From: Trueperaceae bacterium | GTDB taxonomy: Bacteria > Deinococcota > Deinococci > Deinococcales > Trueperaceae | Length of the DNA: 64,000 nt | Direction of reading: 5' to 3' | NCBI GenBank assembly: GCA_034520945.1 | Contig: JAXHNB010000008.1 | Span: 96,001 to 160,000, forward strand | Notes under the pieces: generated by a model | What the model was told of the DNA's origin: nothing | What the model saw: the letters and a program-made list of their open reading frames with translations, nothing else | Database searches by the model: none | In this document: positions 10,631-21,155 of the stretch, piece after piece | Numbering within the stretch: the stretch's first letter is position 1 | Layout: every line of letters starts with the position of its first letter | Position numbers and translations under genes: made by a program

Positions 10631-11446
10631 CTACCCTGCGCCATCGTTGCGCAGGGTCAAGCGGTCGCTGCGGAGTCGGTGGGAGGCACTGAACAGGCGG
10701 CGGTAGGCCAGCAACGTGACGCCCAGGGCGCCCAACGCCGCGGCCGAGGCGATCATGAACACGATCACGATCTGGTAGCGCACGGCGTCGGCGGGGGCGG
10801 CGCCGGCCAGGATCTGGCCGGTCATCATGCCGGGCAGGCTGACCACGCCCATCACCATCATGGCGTTGATGGTCGGGATCATGCCCACCCGCATCGCCTC
10901 GGCCACCAGCGTGTGCGCGGCCTCCCAGCGCGTAGCGCCGAGGGAGAGGTAGAGCTCGATCTCGTCGCGCCGCGTGACGACGCCTTCGGTGAACCGGTCC
11001 AGCGCCAAGGAGATCCCGTTCAGGATGTTGCCCAGCACCATGCCCAGCAACGGCACCAGGTACTGCGCCTCGTACCACGGCCGCACACGCAGGATGCCGA
11101 CCGCGGAGAGGCCGGTGACCACGAACGCTGCGGTGGTGGTGGAGAGGAGGCTGTCCCAGTAGACGCCGGGGAACCGCCGCGACGTCCGGTTCACGGCCGA
11201 GACGCTGGCGAGCGTCGTCATCACCACGGCGACGGCGAGGACCGGCACGGGATCGTCGAGCTGAAACACCCACTCCAGCACGAACCCGACCAGCAGCAAC
11301 TGCGCCGACATGCGAAGCGAGGCCACCACCAGACTCCGTTGCAATCCCAGGCGCAGCGCCACCGAGAGCCCGACGTTCACCAGAATCAGCAGCGCCGCCA
11401 GGCCGAGCTGCCAGGCGTGGATGGGAAGGTAGGCGGCCTCGCTCAC
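10631..11446 (-). CDS. fetB: Iron-export ABC permease FetB-like
   Basis: RMSAQLLLVGFVL, LGMVLGN, SLPGMMTGQILAG..AVRYQI. Confidence 0.88.
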   Translation of the reverse strand: MSEAAYLPIHAWQLGLAALLILVNVGLSVALRLGLQRSLVVASLRMSAQLLLVGFVLEWVFQLDDPVPVLAVAVVMTTLASVSAVNRTSRRFPGVYWDSLLSTTTAAFVVTGLSAVGILRVRPWYEAQYLVPLLGMVLGNILNGISLALDRFTEGVVTRRDEIELYLSLGATRWEAAHTLVAEAMRVGMIPTINAMMVMGVVSLPGMMTGQILAGAAPADAVRYQIVIVFMIASAAALGALGVTLLAYRRLFSASHRLRSDRLTLRNDGAG

Positions 11447-12090
11447 GCGGCCGCGCCGATCCACACGCTTCGGTCGGTGACCCGCGCGAGTTGGGCCGCG
11501 TGGTGACTCGTCCACATCACCGCGCGCGAGCGATCCGCGTGCAGCCAGGCCCCGACGAGGGCCTCGAGCGCGTCGCTGGCCTCCTCGTCCAACGATGCCG
11601 CGGGTTCGTCCAACAGCAGCACCTGCGGCGCGATCGCGAATGCGCGCAGCAGGGCGACGAGTTGCGCTTCGCCGCCCGAGAGCCGTTCGGCGGGCCTGCG
11701 CAGGAACGTCTCGTCGCGCCCCAATGCCGCCAGGTCGGCGAGGATCGCGTCGCGCGGGAATGGCCGGCCGTGATGGACGCGAAACCGAAACGGCAGGCGA
11801 AGGGCGTCCTCCACGGTGCCCGCTACGGCAGCGGGCCGCTGGGCGAGGTACACGACCTGTGCGCGGTAGCTCGGCATCGTGGTGCCGACGAGCTCACGGT
11901 CCCGGTACCGGATCACGCCCTCCTCGAGCGGCTCGAGTCCCGCCAAGGCCCGCAGCAACAGGGTCTTGCCGGCCCCGGACGGCCCACGCACGGCCAATCG
12001 TTCCCCCGGTGCGAGCGCGATGTCGAGCCCACGCCACAACCAACGCTCCTCCACGCGCTTCGCAAGGCCCTCGGCTTCGATCAGCGCCAC
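11443..12090 (-). CDS. fetA: ABC ATP-binding protein FetA-like
   Basis: GPSGAGKT, LSGGE, LLLDEP; overlaps the fetB start. Confidence 0.88.
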   Translation of the reverse strand: MALIEAEGLAKRVEERWLWRGLDIALAPGERLAVRGPSGAGKTLLLRALAGLEPLEEGVIRYRDRELVGTTMPSYRAQVVYLAQRPAAVAGTVEDALRLPFRFRVHHGRPFPRDAILADLAALGRDETFLRRPAERLSGGEAQLVALLRAFAIAPQVLLLDEPAASLDEEASDALEALVGAWLHADRSRAVMWTSHHAAQLARVTDRSVWIGAAA

Positions 12091-12216
12091 GTCGTGAAGT
12101 CCATCGTTTCACGCGTCATACGCTTATGGTGGCATGGCCTGCAACGTCCGTAGGATGGCTGCCCGCATGGCGTACGCGATCGTCGCGATCGGCACGGCCG
12201 CCGCGGGCCGCGGCCG

Positions 12217-12750
12217 TCAGCCGTCGTGCCTGTGCTTCGCAACCTCGATGTGGGCAAGGTGGTGGTCGCCGTGCCAGGCGTAGGTCAGCAGGGTGTCGCC
12301 GATGGTAATGCGTCGCCCCTGGGTCGGATGGGTCCACGCCCGCTCGAAATCCCCGGCGTCCAGCGAGGCGAACCGGGCGACCCAGCGCTGGTGCAGGCCG
12401 TCGAGCAGCGTCAGGGACGGCTCGACCGGGCCGGAGCGCGCGTCGGGAATGTCGGCCCAGACGGCAGGGTCGTACCCCTTGATGGTCGGCCCGTCCTCGG
12501 TCAGCGCCCAAGTACAGCGCAGGTAGGCGTGGAGGTGGCTGTCGGCGAGGTGGTGCACGACCTGCCGTGCGGTCCAGCCGCCGTCGCGGTAGGGCGTGTC
12601 CAGCTGGGCGACGCTCAGGCCGGAGACCACGGCGCGCAGTTTGGCGGGGTGGCCCGCGATGCTGGCGATCGCGTCGCGACGAACGGCTTCGTCGCTGGGG
12701 TCGAGGTCGGGACGGCGGCCGATCGGGTAGCGAAGATCCCGTTCGTTCAT
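12217..12750 (-). CDS. YfiT/BstA-like DinB-superfamily thiol transferase
   Basis: DLRYPIG, LDTPYRDGGWTARQVVHHLADSH, YAWHGDHHLAHI. Confidence 0.88.
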   Translation of the reverse strand: MNERDLRYPIGRRPDLDPSDEAVRRDAIASIAGHPAKLRAVVSGLSVAQLDTPYRDGGWTARQVVHHLADSHLHAYLRCTWALTEDGPTIKGYDPAVWADIPDARSGPVEPSLTLLDGLHQRWVARFASLDAGDFERAWTHPTQGRRITIGDTLLTYAWHGDHHLAHIEVAKHRHDG

Positions 12751-12901
12751 GCAGGCATCGTAGACCACGGCCGCCGCTCGAGCGGCGCTGGGGCCAGGCC
12801 GGCATGGCGCCGTTGTAGGTTTGGCCAGCAGCGACACGTTGCCCTCGCGGGCGTCAAGCAAGGGACCGACCGGACCGCACCGCGAAGGAGATGCTGGCCG
12901 C

Positions 12902-14884
12902 ATGGAGTCCCGAGGCGACGATCCCAACCCCAACGACGAGCTGACCTGGCACAAGGCGCTCGAATCGGACCAGCTCGGTGAGGGCCGGGTGGCGGGCGTG
13001 ACCTGCGGTCACCGGCAGCTGTGTTTGACCCGCCACGAGGGCCGCTACGGTGCGCTCGACGGTCGCTGCCCACATCAGGGCGGTCCTCTGGCCGAGGGCT
13101 CGATCGAGAACGGCTGGCTGCGCTGTCCCTGGCACGGCTGGGACTTTCACCCGACCAGCGGTCGCCCGCCGGGAGGGTTCGACGACGGCGTCGCGACGTT
13201 TCCCGTCGAGGAGCGAGACGACGGCGTCTACGTCGGTCTGCCGGCCGAGGCTGAGCGCGCTCGCACCGTCTCCGACGCGATGGTCGAGACGATGGCGCGC
13301 TGGGGCGTGCGCTGGGTGTTCGGGATGGTGGGGCACTCCAACCTGAACGTCGCCGACGCCGTGCGGCGCGCCGCGGACGACGGCCCGCTGCGCTACGTCG
13401 CGATCCGGCACGAGGGGGCAGCCGCCTTCGCGGCGTCGGCCTACGGAAAGCTGACGGGGACGCCCGCCGCCTGCTTGGCGATCGCGGGTCCCGGGGCGAC
13501 CAACCTGCTGACGGGACTCTGGGATGCGCACGTCGACCGCAGTCCGGTGCTGGCCCTGACCGGGCAGGTGGCGACGCAGGTGCTCGGCACGGGCGACTTC
13601 CAAGAGGTAGACCTGCGGGCGGCCTACGGAGGCGTCGCGGCCTGGAGCGCGACGGTGCTCCCCGACTCGAGGCACGTCGAGCTGATGGCGCGCGCATGCA
13701 AGAGCGCAGTGCTGGAGAGGGGCGTTGCCCACCTGGTGTTCCCCGACGAGGTGGCGGGCGGGCCCAGCGACGAAGAGGCCGCGAGCCCCGAGGGGCGCCT
13801 GGCGGAGCCCGGCATCCGGGCGCCCGAAGCCCCGTTGGCGCAGGCTCAGGCGATGCTGGCGTCGGCACGGCGGCCCGTGATCGTGGTGGGTCACGGCGCA
13901 CGATCCGACATGTCGGCCGTGACCGCGCTGGCCGAGCGCCTCGGAGCGCCGGTCCTGACCACCTTCAAGGCCAAGGGGCAGATCGCCGACGACCACCCGC
14001 TGGCCGCCGGCGTGCTGGGCCGGTCGGGCACGCCGGTTGCGTCCTGGTTCATGAACGAGGCGGACCTGCTGTTGGTGTTCGGCGCGTCGTTCTCGACCCA
14101 CACCGGCATCAGCGCCAAGACGCCCACCATCCAGGTGGACCGCGACCGGATGACGCTGGCGAAGTTCCACGCCGTCGATGTTCCCCTGTGGGGCGACATC
14201 GGCCCGGTGGCCGGCGAGCTGCTGGCCGGCCTCGGCGACGAGGCGCCGGACCCGTCGCAGCGCCAGGAGTTGGCGGAGCGCTGGCGCCTGTGGCGTACCG
14301 AGAAGGAACGACGCCGCGGAGACGATCGCGGCCGCGGGCTCCCGAGCGCCGTGCTGTTCGAGGCTCTACAGCGGCACGTGCCGCACGACGCGGTGATGCC
14401 GGTCGACGTCGGCAACAACACCTACAGCTTCGGCCGGTACTTCGAAACCTCCGGACAGACCGTGCTCATGTCCGGCTACCTCGGATCGATCGGCTTCGCG
14501 CTGCCGGCGGCGATGGGCGCCTGGGCCGCGACGCAGGAGCCGGGCCCATGGTCCGGACGCAAGGTGGTGTCCATCTCCGGCGACGGGGGGCTGGGCCAGT
14601 ACCTCGCCGAGCTCACCACCCTCGTCCGGCACGGTATGGACGTGACGCACGTGGTGCTGGTCGACGACCAGCTCGGCAAGATCGCCAAGGAGCAGCGCGC
14701 AGGCGGCTGGGATGTATGGCAGACGGACCTGGTCAACCCTGACTTCGCGGCCTTCGCGCGCTCGTGCGGCGCCTTCGGCGTACGTGTGGACCGTCCGGGC
14801 GAACTGGAGCCCGCGCTCGAGGCGGCGCTCGCCGTCGCCGGGCCTGCCCTGGTCGAGGTCCGCACCGACCCGGCGTTGGTGTGA
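12902..14884 (+). CDS. Rieske 2Fe-2S domain fused to a pyruvate oxidase-like TPP enzyme
   Basis: CPHQGG...CPWHGW Rieske motif; IRHEGAAAFAA, GPGATN, SGYLGSIGFALPAA, GDGG. Confidence 0.9.
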   Translation: MESRGDDPNPNDELTWHKALESDQLGEGRVAGVTCGHRQLCLTRHEGRYGALDGRCPHQGGPLAEGSIENGWLRCPWHGWDFHPTSGRPPGGFDDGVATFPVEERDDGVYVGLPAEAERARTVSDAMVETMARWGVRWVFGMVGHSNLNVADAVRRAADDGPLRYVAIRHEGAAAFAASAYGKLTGTPAACLAIAGPGATNLLTGLWDAHVDRSPVLALTGQVATQVLGTGDFQEVDLRAAYGGVAAWSATVLPDSRHVELMARACKSAVLERGVAHLVFPDEVAGGPSDEEAASPEGRLAEPGIRAPEAPLAQAQAMLASARRPVIVVGHGARSDMSAVTALAERLGAPVLTTFKAKGQIADDHPLAAGVLGRSGTPVASWFMNEADLLLVFGASFSTHTGISAKTPTIQVDRDRMTLAKFHAVDVPLWGDIGPVAGELLAGLGDEAPDPSQRQELAERWRLWRTEKERRRGDDRGRGLPSAVLFEALQRHVPHDAVMPVDVGNNTYSFGRYFETSGQTVLMSGYLGSIGFALPAAMGAWAATQEPGPWSGRKVVSISGDGGLGQYLAELTTLVRHGMDVTHVVLVDDQLGKIAKEQRAGGWDVWQTDLVNPDFAAFARSCGAFGVRVDRPGELEPALEAALAVAGPALVEVRTDPALV

Positions 14885-14913
14885 GGGGCTCGCCCGAGGA
14901 TTGGAGGGGGATC

Positions 14914-15780
14914 ATGTCGAACGAAGCCACGCAGGAGCCCTGGGGCTGGATCGAGGACGTGGACATCGGGCGGCTCCGGGAGGCGCGCGTTCAGTTGCAC
15001 CACGCCCTGCAGGTTCCCGCCGCCCTGCACGCCAGCCGGTTCGCGCCCAGGGAGGATCAGAGCGAGACGGCGTTCTCGTTCCAAGGTTGTCGCTTCGTCA
15101 GCGAGGGCGACCCCGAGCTCGGGTGGCGAGCAGCGTTGAGGATCGACACGCTCGAGGTGGCGCTGGAGCGGAGCGATGGCCGCTCGGCGGGAACGCTCGC
15201 GCTCGAGGGCCGCACGCTGCAGGACGCGTACGAACGGTTCGCGGCGCTGCTGGAGGCGGCGGCCGGTCCCGGGCCGTTCCGGAGGCTGGAGGCTGAGCTT
15301 CCCGACCACGCCGTGGTCCGGGGCGCCCCGTTCGATCGCGACGTCCCCGCGCTGCACGCCTTGTGCCGGCTCTACGCCGACTCGGCGGCGACCCTCGAGC
15401 GGCTTCGCCCGGAGCTCGTCCGTCCGTCGCCCATCCGGGTGTGGCCGCATCACTTCGATATCGCGGTCCTCGACGATGTTGACGGTGGGATTGGCCACGC
15501 CGGCCAGGAGCCGCGAAGCATCGGCGTCGGCATGACGCCCGGTGACGAGGGCGTGCGGGAGCCGTACCTGTACGTCACGCCCTGGCCGTACCCCGCCTCC
15601 GCCAGCCTGCCGGAGCTTTCCGAGGGACGGTGGTCGACCGAGGGATGGGTCGGGGCCGTCCTGATGCTCGCCGAGTTGGCCCGTGACGACGTCGCGCGCC
15701 GAGGCGAGCGGGTGCGGGCATTCCTCGACGGCGCCCTGCGGGCCTGCCGGGCGTCGTTGGACGGCGGAGAGGGCGCATGA
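14914..15780 (+). CDS. Hypothetical protein (DUF5996-like)
   Basis: IRVWPHHFDIA, GMTPGD..EPYLYVTPWP; coupled to the DHFR gene by ATGA overlap. Confidence 0.65.
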   Translation: MSNEATQEPWGWIEDVDIGRLREARVQLHHALQVPAALHASRFAPREDQSETAFSFQGCRFVSEGDPELGWRAALRIDTLEVALERSDGRSAGTLALEGRTLQDAYERFAALLEAAAGPGPFRRLEAELPDHAVVRGAPFDRDVPALHALCRLYADSAATLERLRPELVRPSPIRVWPHHFDIAVLDDVDGGIGHAGQEPRSIGVGMTPGDEGVREPYLYVTPWPYPASASLPELSEGRWSTEGWVGAVLMLAELARDDVARRGERVRAFLDGALRACRASLDGGEGA

Positions 15781-16253
15781 TCGACCCGGTGCGCCTGATC
15801 GCGGCGATGACGCGCGACCGTGTGATCGGTCGAGGCGATGGCATGCCGTGGAACGTCCCGGACGAGTATCGGCACTTCCTGGACAGCGTTCGCGGCGGCG
15901 CGGTGATCATGGGCCGGCGCAGCTTCGAGATCTTCGGCGCGGACCTGAGAGACGCCCGCCCGATCGTGCTGACGCGCCGGGACAGCGCCCCGCACGGGGC
16001 GCTGCCTGCCGGCGACCTCGAAGCGGCCCTGCGCGCCGCGCGGCGGCTGGACCTGGCGCCGTGGATCGCCGGCGGCGCAAGCGTGTACGAGCAGGCGCTT
16101 CCGCTGTGCGACGAAATGCACCTGTCGATCGTGCCTGGCCGTTACGACGGGGACCGTTGGTTCCCCGACTGGGACCCTGCTGCGTGGCGTTTGGCCGAGG
16201 AACGGCCCCGGCCGGGCTACCTGTTTCGGCGCTACGTCCGCCGGTCGCGCTGA
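15777..16253 (+). CDS. folA: Dihydrofolate reductase
   Basis: LIAAMTRDRVIG..MPWNVPDE..VIMGRRSFE..IAGGASVY..GDRWFP. Confidence 0.88.
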   Translation: MIDPVRLIAAMTRDRVIGRGDGMPWNVPDEYRHFLDSVRGGAVIMGRRSFEIFGADLRDARPIVLTRRDSAPHGALPAGDLEAALRAARRLDLAPWIAGGASVYEQALPLCDEMHLSIVPGRYDGDRWFPDWDPAAWRLAEERPRPGYLFRRYVRRSR

Positions 16254-16283
16254 ACCGATCGCCGTTCGACGTCGCGGTCCCCT

Positions 16284-16796
16284 TCAGTCGTCCGGGTACG
16301 CGACCGCCACGATCTCGAGGTCCTCGCGGCCGCGGCCTGCGTCGACGGTGACGCGTTCGCCCACCTTGCGGCCCAGCACGGCCGCCGCGGTGGGGGCGAC
16401 GAAGGCGACCAGGCCCTCGAGCGGGTCGGCCTCGTCGACGCCCACGATGCGGAAGCAAAGCTCCTCGCCCCCGTCGCTACGGGTGGTGACGTCCGCGCCG
16501 AAGGCCACCTCGCCGGTCGCGTCCGGCGGTACCTGTACCAGGCGGGCGCTCGCCAGCCGCGCCTCGAGGTCGTCGATCCGCTCGCGCACCACCGTCAGCT
16601 GCCGGGCCCGCTCGGGCGTCTCGTCCGCATCGCCCTGCACCTGCAGAAGCTCGTCCTCGAGCGTTTCGCGCTCGCGTTGCAGCAGGGCCAGGCCACGCGG
16701 CGTGACCAGGTTGGGCGTCCCATCGGGCAGCAGGGCCCGCTGGGGCACCATCACGCGTTCGTTGTCGGCGTCGTCCTTGACGAAGGCTCGGCTCAT
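16284..16796 (-). CDS. GreA/GreB family protein
   Basis: MSRAFVKDD, NLVTPRGL, VAFGADV, FRIVGVDEADP. Confidence 0.85.
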   Translation of the reverse strand: MSRAFVKDDADNERVMVPQRALLPDGTPNLVTPRGLALLQRERETLEDELLQVQGDADETPERARQLTVVRERIDDLEARLASARLVQVPPDATGEVAFGADVTTRSDGGEELCFRIVGVDEADPLEGLVAFVAPTAAAVLGRKVGERVTVDAGRGREDLEIVAVAYPDD

Positions 16797-16970
16797 GTTG
16801 GGACGCCTCCTCGTGCGTCGGAGCCAAGAATCGGCCCGACGCGTCTCGACCCATCCTACGACCGAACGGCACGCGGCGCGGCCACGGGCACCGGTACGCT
16901 AGGCGCGTGAGCGAGTCCGTTCCCACGGACCCCATGGCCGCCGGATCTGGGCGGCACCCGCCACGGGCTC

Positions 16971-18113
16971 GTGTCCACGCGCCGGCCCGACCTGGCGACT
17001 TCGCCGGTTCCGGTGCGCCGGTGGGGGCCGTCGCCGGGCGCGCGACGCACGGCGATCGTGCGCGAGCGGGTGCTGCGGTTGGGCTGGAACGCCAGCGCGT
17101 ACCAGCTGCTCGCGCCGGGTTTCTCGCACTGGCTGGCGCCGGATCACGACGCGGCGGTCGGGTACGTGCGGCACGCGGGCGTGCGGGTGGCGGCGGGAGC
17201 GCCGGTGGCGCGGGAGGCGGACGTGGCGGAGGCCGCGGCGGCGTTCGAGGTCGAGGCCCGCCGCCATGGCGATGCGGTGTGCTGGTTCGCGGCCGAGGCG
17301 CGGCTCACCTCGGCCTTCGAGGACGCTCCCGACCACGACCGTGTGCTGCTGGGCGGCCTGCCGGTCTGGGACCCCCGCCGTTGGCGCGAGGTGGTGCGCA
17401 CGCACACGAGCGTCCGCTCGCAGCTGTCGCGGGCGCGCAACAAGGGCCTGCGGGTCGACGCCTGGCGCGACCCCTCCACCGCGCAGCTGGCGGAGCTGCG
17501 CGAGCTGCAGGCCGACTGGCTGGCTCGCAAGGCGCTGCCCAGGCTGCACTTCCTGACCGAGGTGGACACGCTGCGTTCGCTGCGTGACCGCCACCTGCTG
17601 GTCGCGAGCGTGGGCGAGCGGCCGGTCGGCTTCCTGGTCGCCTCGCCGGTGCCGACGCGGGCGGGCTGGCTGGTCGAGCAGGTGGTGCGCACCGCCGCCG
17701 CCCCCAACGGCACGGCCGAGTCGCTCATCGACGCGATGATGCGCGCGGCCGCCGAGGAGGGCTCGGGCTACCTGACGTTGGGGCTGGTGCCGCTGGCGCA
17801 GCGGGCCGAGCTGCCGCGCGACACCCCGCCCCGCTGGCTGGCCCTGACCCTGCGGCTGGTGCGGGCGTACGGGCAGCGCTTCTACAACTTCGCGGGGCTC
17901 GAGCACTTCAAGGCCAAGCTGGCGCCCGAGCGTTGGGACCCGGTCTACGCGATCGCGAACGAGGCGCGCTTCTCGCCCCGGACGTTGTACGCGATCGCGG
18001 GCGCCTTCGCCGGCGGCCCGCCGCCGGCGCTGGTCACGCGGGCGCTGGTGCGGGCGGCGGCGGAGGAGACGCGGGGACGGCTGGCCCAGGCGCACCCGGT
18101 GCGGGCACGTTAG
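16971..18113 (+). CDS. DUF2156/MprF-like aminoacyl-phosphatidylglycerol synthase C-terminal domain
   Basis: RARNKG, APNGTAESLI, LTLGLVPL, FYNFAGLEHFKAKLAP.W.PVY; the true start may be GTG 16907 with a frameshift. Confidence 0.8.
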   Translation: MSTRRPDLATSPVPVRRWGPSPGARRTAIVRERVLRLGWNASAYQLLAPGFSHWLAPDHDAAVGYVRHAGVRVAAGAPVAREADVAEAAAAFEVEARRHGDAVCWFAAEARLTSAFEDAPDHDRVLLGGLPVWDPRRWREVVRTHTSVRSQLSRARNKGLRVDAWRDPSTAQLAELRELQADWLARKALPRLHFLTEVDTLRSLRDRHLLVASVGERPVGFLVASPVPTRAGWLVEQVVRTAAAPNGTAESLIDAMMRAAAEEGSGYLTLGLVPLAQRAELPRDTPPRWLALTLRLVRAYGQRFYNFAGLEHFKAKLAPERWDPVYAIANEARFSPRTLYAIAGAFAGGPPPALVTRALVRAAAEETRGRLAQAHPVRAR

Positions 18114-18168
18114 CGTTGGCGCGCCGCTCATGTCCCGCACGTGCTACCACGCATCGCGAACGGATTCC

Positions 18169-18564
18169 TTACGCGTGCGGCGTCAGGTACACGCACCCGT
18201 CCGTGCACTCGGGTTCGGGGTTGGCTTCCGCCCAGGCCAGGCGCTCCTGGAGTTCGCCTTCGAGCGCGCGAAGGTTCCGGAGGCGCGCGCGAACGTCCGC
18301 GAGGTGCTCCCGGAGGCGGCCACGCACGTGCTCGCACGGCGGAACGCCGCCCGAACGCAACGCGAGGAGGTCGCGGATCTCGTGCAGACGAAGACCCAGC
18401 GCCTGTGCCTCACGCAGGAACGAGGCGCGCGCCACCATCTCTTGGGAGAAGAGGCGATAGCCGGACGCGCTCCGTTCGGCCGTGAGGAGACCTTCGTCTT
18501 CCCAGTAGCGCAGCGTCCGGACCGCCTCGCCCGTCGCGGCTGCGAGTTCGCCGATCCGTAGCAT
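18169..18564 (-). CDS. MerR-family metal-responsive regulator
   Basis: MLRIGELAAATGEAVRTLRYWEDEGLL; Cys in PPC and the C-terminal CTDGC. Confidence 0.88.
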   Translation of the reverse strand: MLRIGELAAATGEAVRTLRYWEDEGLLTAERSASGYRLFSQEMVARASFLREAQALGLRLHEIRDLLALRSGGVPPCEHVRGRLREHLADVRARLRNLRALEGELQERLAWAEANPEPECTDGCVYLTPHA

Positions 18565-18620
18565 GCCCGCATGATGCCGCAGCGTCGCCCGCGCGCCCGT
18601 CGCCTGACTCGCGGCGCGCG

Positions 18621-19969
18621 TCACACCATGGTAGCGACGTCCGATGCGGCCGAGGGGTGCACCAGGATGCTGGTCTTCAGGTCCCGCGCCGTCAGGCCGT
18701 GCCGGATGGCGAGCGCGAAGATGCCGATCGTCTCGTCCGCGTCCGGACCCAGGAGGTGGGCGCCGAGGATCCGCTGCGACTCCTTCTCGACCAGCACCTT
18801 CGACGCCCCGACCTGGTGCCGGGTCCGGCGGGCGGAGAACCAACCGCTGGTGTCACGGGACTCGACCTCGAACGCGAGCCCTTCGCTCGCTGCCTCCGAC
18901 TCGCTCCGCCCGGCGTAGGCGAGCCGGGGCAGGGTGAAGACCACGCTGGGCGTGCCGGCGTAGTCGGGGCGTTTCTGGTTGCCGCGCAGCAGGTTGGTCG
19001 CGGCAATGATCGCTTCATGTACGGCGATGGGCGTCAGGGGCGGGCCGGAGGTGGCGGCCGCATCTCCCGCGGCGTACGCGCGGGGGTTGCGGGTGCTCTG
19101 CAGGTACTCGTTCACCTGGACGCCTCCGTGGGGGCTTTCGTCGATCCCGCCGCTGGGGAGGTCCAGATCGGCCAGGTCGGGCACCCGACCGGCCCCGTGC
19201 ACGACCAGGTCGGCCTCCAGCGTGTCGCCGTTCGTGGGTGCGTACGACGCGTGCGTCGTCGTTGCTCGTGCACGGATGCGACCTCGGTCTCCAGCCGAAC
19301 GTCGATGCCGAGGCCACGGGTGGCGTCCACGAGCAGGTCGACGTGATCGGGGTCGAACCGCGGCAGCGGCCGCTCCCCCCGGTGCAGGATGGTGACGTGC
19401 GCCCCGGCCCGGGCGGCGATGTGCGCGAACTCGAGCGAGACGTACCCGCCACCGATGAACACGATCCGCTCGGGGAGTACCTCGAGGTCGAGGAACTCGG
19501 TGCTGGTGGCGACCAGGTCCGCGCCGGGGATGGCGAGGGGTCGCGGGCGGGCGCCGGTGGCGATCAGGAACCGTTCGGCCGTGACGCGCTCGGTTTCGAT
19601 CTCCACCGCGCCTGGATCGACGAAGCGCGTCGGGCCGTGCAGGGTGGTGACGCCCACGTCGCGAAGGCTGGCTTCCAGCCTGTCGGGGAGCGGCTCGGTA
19701 AAGGTTCGCTTGAACGCCATCAGCGCCGACCAGTCGAGGTGGGTCTCGCCGCTGACGCCGTGATCGCTCATTCTTCGCTGCGCGTCCACGATGTCGGCGG
19801 CACCGACCAGGACCTTCTTCGGGTCGCAGCCGCGCAGGGCGCACGTGCCGCCGTAGGGCCGCACGTCGGCGATGGCGACCCGCTTGCCGGCGGACGCCGC
19901 CTTGCGTGCGGCGGCCAGGCCGGCCATGCCTGCGCCGATGACGAGGAGGTCGAACGCGCGTTCGCTCAT
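18621..19969 (-). pseudogene. Glutathione reductase-like pyridine nucleotide-disulfide oxidoreductase, frameshifted at ~19240-19280
   Basis: GAGMAG, GGTCALRGCDPKK and GGGYVSLEFA in one frame; ADLVVHGAGR, YAAGD and HPS in another. Confidence 0.85.
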
Positions 19970-20283
19970 GCCGCGACGTCGCTCTTCGCGGCGTTCAACC
20001 GTTCTTGCAAGAGGGCGGCGGACGGCCAGCCGCGCCCGTCGTTGTCCTGGTAGCGGCGGCAGGCCATGACGGAAGGTCCGTCGTAGCCTTCCAGGTCGAC
20101 CCCGTCGATGCGAAGGGTCGGGGAGCCGGCGAAGCCGGTGCGCTCCGCGTGGGGGAGGTTCTCGATATTCCGCAGGCGGACGGTCGCGTCGACGCCGGTG
20201 TGGGCGAGGGCGCGGCCGAGCTCATTCCACGCGTGTTCCCATGAGGGGCAGCCGCCGAAGTAGAGGAGTTCTATGGTGGTCAT
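19966..20283 (-). CDS. Thioredoxin-like protein (alkylmercury-lyase-associated type)
   Basis: IELLYFGGCPSW, FAGSPTLRIDGVDL, MACRRY. Confidence 0.8.
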   Translation of the reverse strand: MTTIELLYFGGCPSWEHAWNELGRALAHTGVDATVRLRNIENLPHAERTGFAGSPTLRIDGVDLEGYDGPSVMACRRYQDNDGRGWPSAALLQERLNAAKSDVAA

Positions 20284-20289
20284 GCCCGA

Positions 20290-20321
20290 ACGGTAGACCC
20301 TCCACCTCGGTGGAGGGTCAA
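20290..20321 (-). promoter_or_regulatory. MerR-type promoter with dyad operator
   Basis: Minus strand TTGACC-N20-TACCGT-N6-ATG; 11-bp perfect inverted repeat gaccctccacc-tc-ggtggagggtc (20296-20319). Confidence 0.85.
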
Positions 20322-20489
20322 GCCCTCGGCGCGCACGCTACGCCTTTGCTTGGCGCATCCACCGCCGCGTGCGACGGGGACGCCCGGTGCCATTACGACG
20401 CCCCGCACCACCTGGACCGCCATGCGGGCTAGCACCGTCCGGCTCCAGGCGGCCTCGCTCAGCGACAAAACGACGCCCATGAAGGCGAC

Positions 20490-20590
20490 CATTCGACGAT
20501 CGACGGACCCGACTGCGTGAAACGGGTCGCACCGCCGAGGGTTACCATCGCGGTGGTGAGCAACGCCCCGCTCCAGAGCCAGATGTGTGG
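20490..20590 (-). pseudogene. Heme A synthase (COX15/CtaA) N-terminal fragment
   Basis: WLWSGALLTTAMVTLGGATRFTQSGPSIVEW resembles the COX15 motif GGxTRLTxSGLSIxEW. Confidence 0.65.
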
Positions 20591-20669
20591 TCGACGGCGG
20601 GTGGACCGACGAAGACCCCGGACCAGCGCGCCGCCACCATTAGGCTGAGGGGAATCGAGGAGGTCAGGC

Positions 20670-21089
20670 ATGGAGATCGTACGCGTCGGTACGCGACCCT
20701 CGAAGCAAGGTCCGAGCGAGTGGTTCACGGGAGCGGTGCGACTCGATCCGCTGTTTCCCGCGCGGCCCCCGGCCCGTGTGGCGGGCGTGCGCGTGACGTT
20801 CGAACCGAGCGCCAGGACCGCATGGCACACGCACCCGCTGGGCCAAACCCTGCTGATCGTGTCGGGCATGGGTCGCGTGCAACGCGAAGGCGGGCCCGTC
20901 GAAGAGGTGCGGCCCGGCGACGTGGTGTGGTTCGCACCGGGCGAAAAGCATTGGCACGGCGCCACCGCCACGACCGCAATGGAGCACGTCGCGGTGCACG
21001 AGGAACAGAACGGCGTGTCGGTCGAATGGCTCGAAGCGGTCAGCGACGAGGAGTTCAGCGACGAGGAGTTCATCGCCCCGATCGCGTGA
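20670..21089 (+). CDS. Cupin domain protein
   Basis: [34 protein letters not shown]. Confidence 0.9.
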   Translation: MEIVRVGTRPSKQGPSEWFTGAVRLDPLFPARPPARVAGVRVTFEPSARTAWHTHPLGQTLLIVSGMGRVQREGGPVEEVRPGDVVWFAPGEKHWHGATATTAMEHVAVHEEQNGVSVEWLEAVSDEEFSDEEFIAPIA

Positions 21090-21155
21090 CGACGGGTTCG
21101 GGCGCGGGTTGCGATTCGCGTCGTACCTCCTGCGCGACCGTTCGTCAGGTCGCCT

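Noticed and set aside
18621..19969. Mercuric reductase MerA
   Set aside because: No C-terminal Cys pair and no mer transport genes
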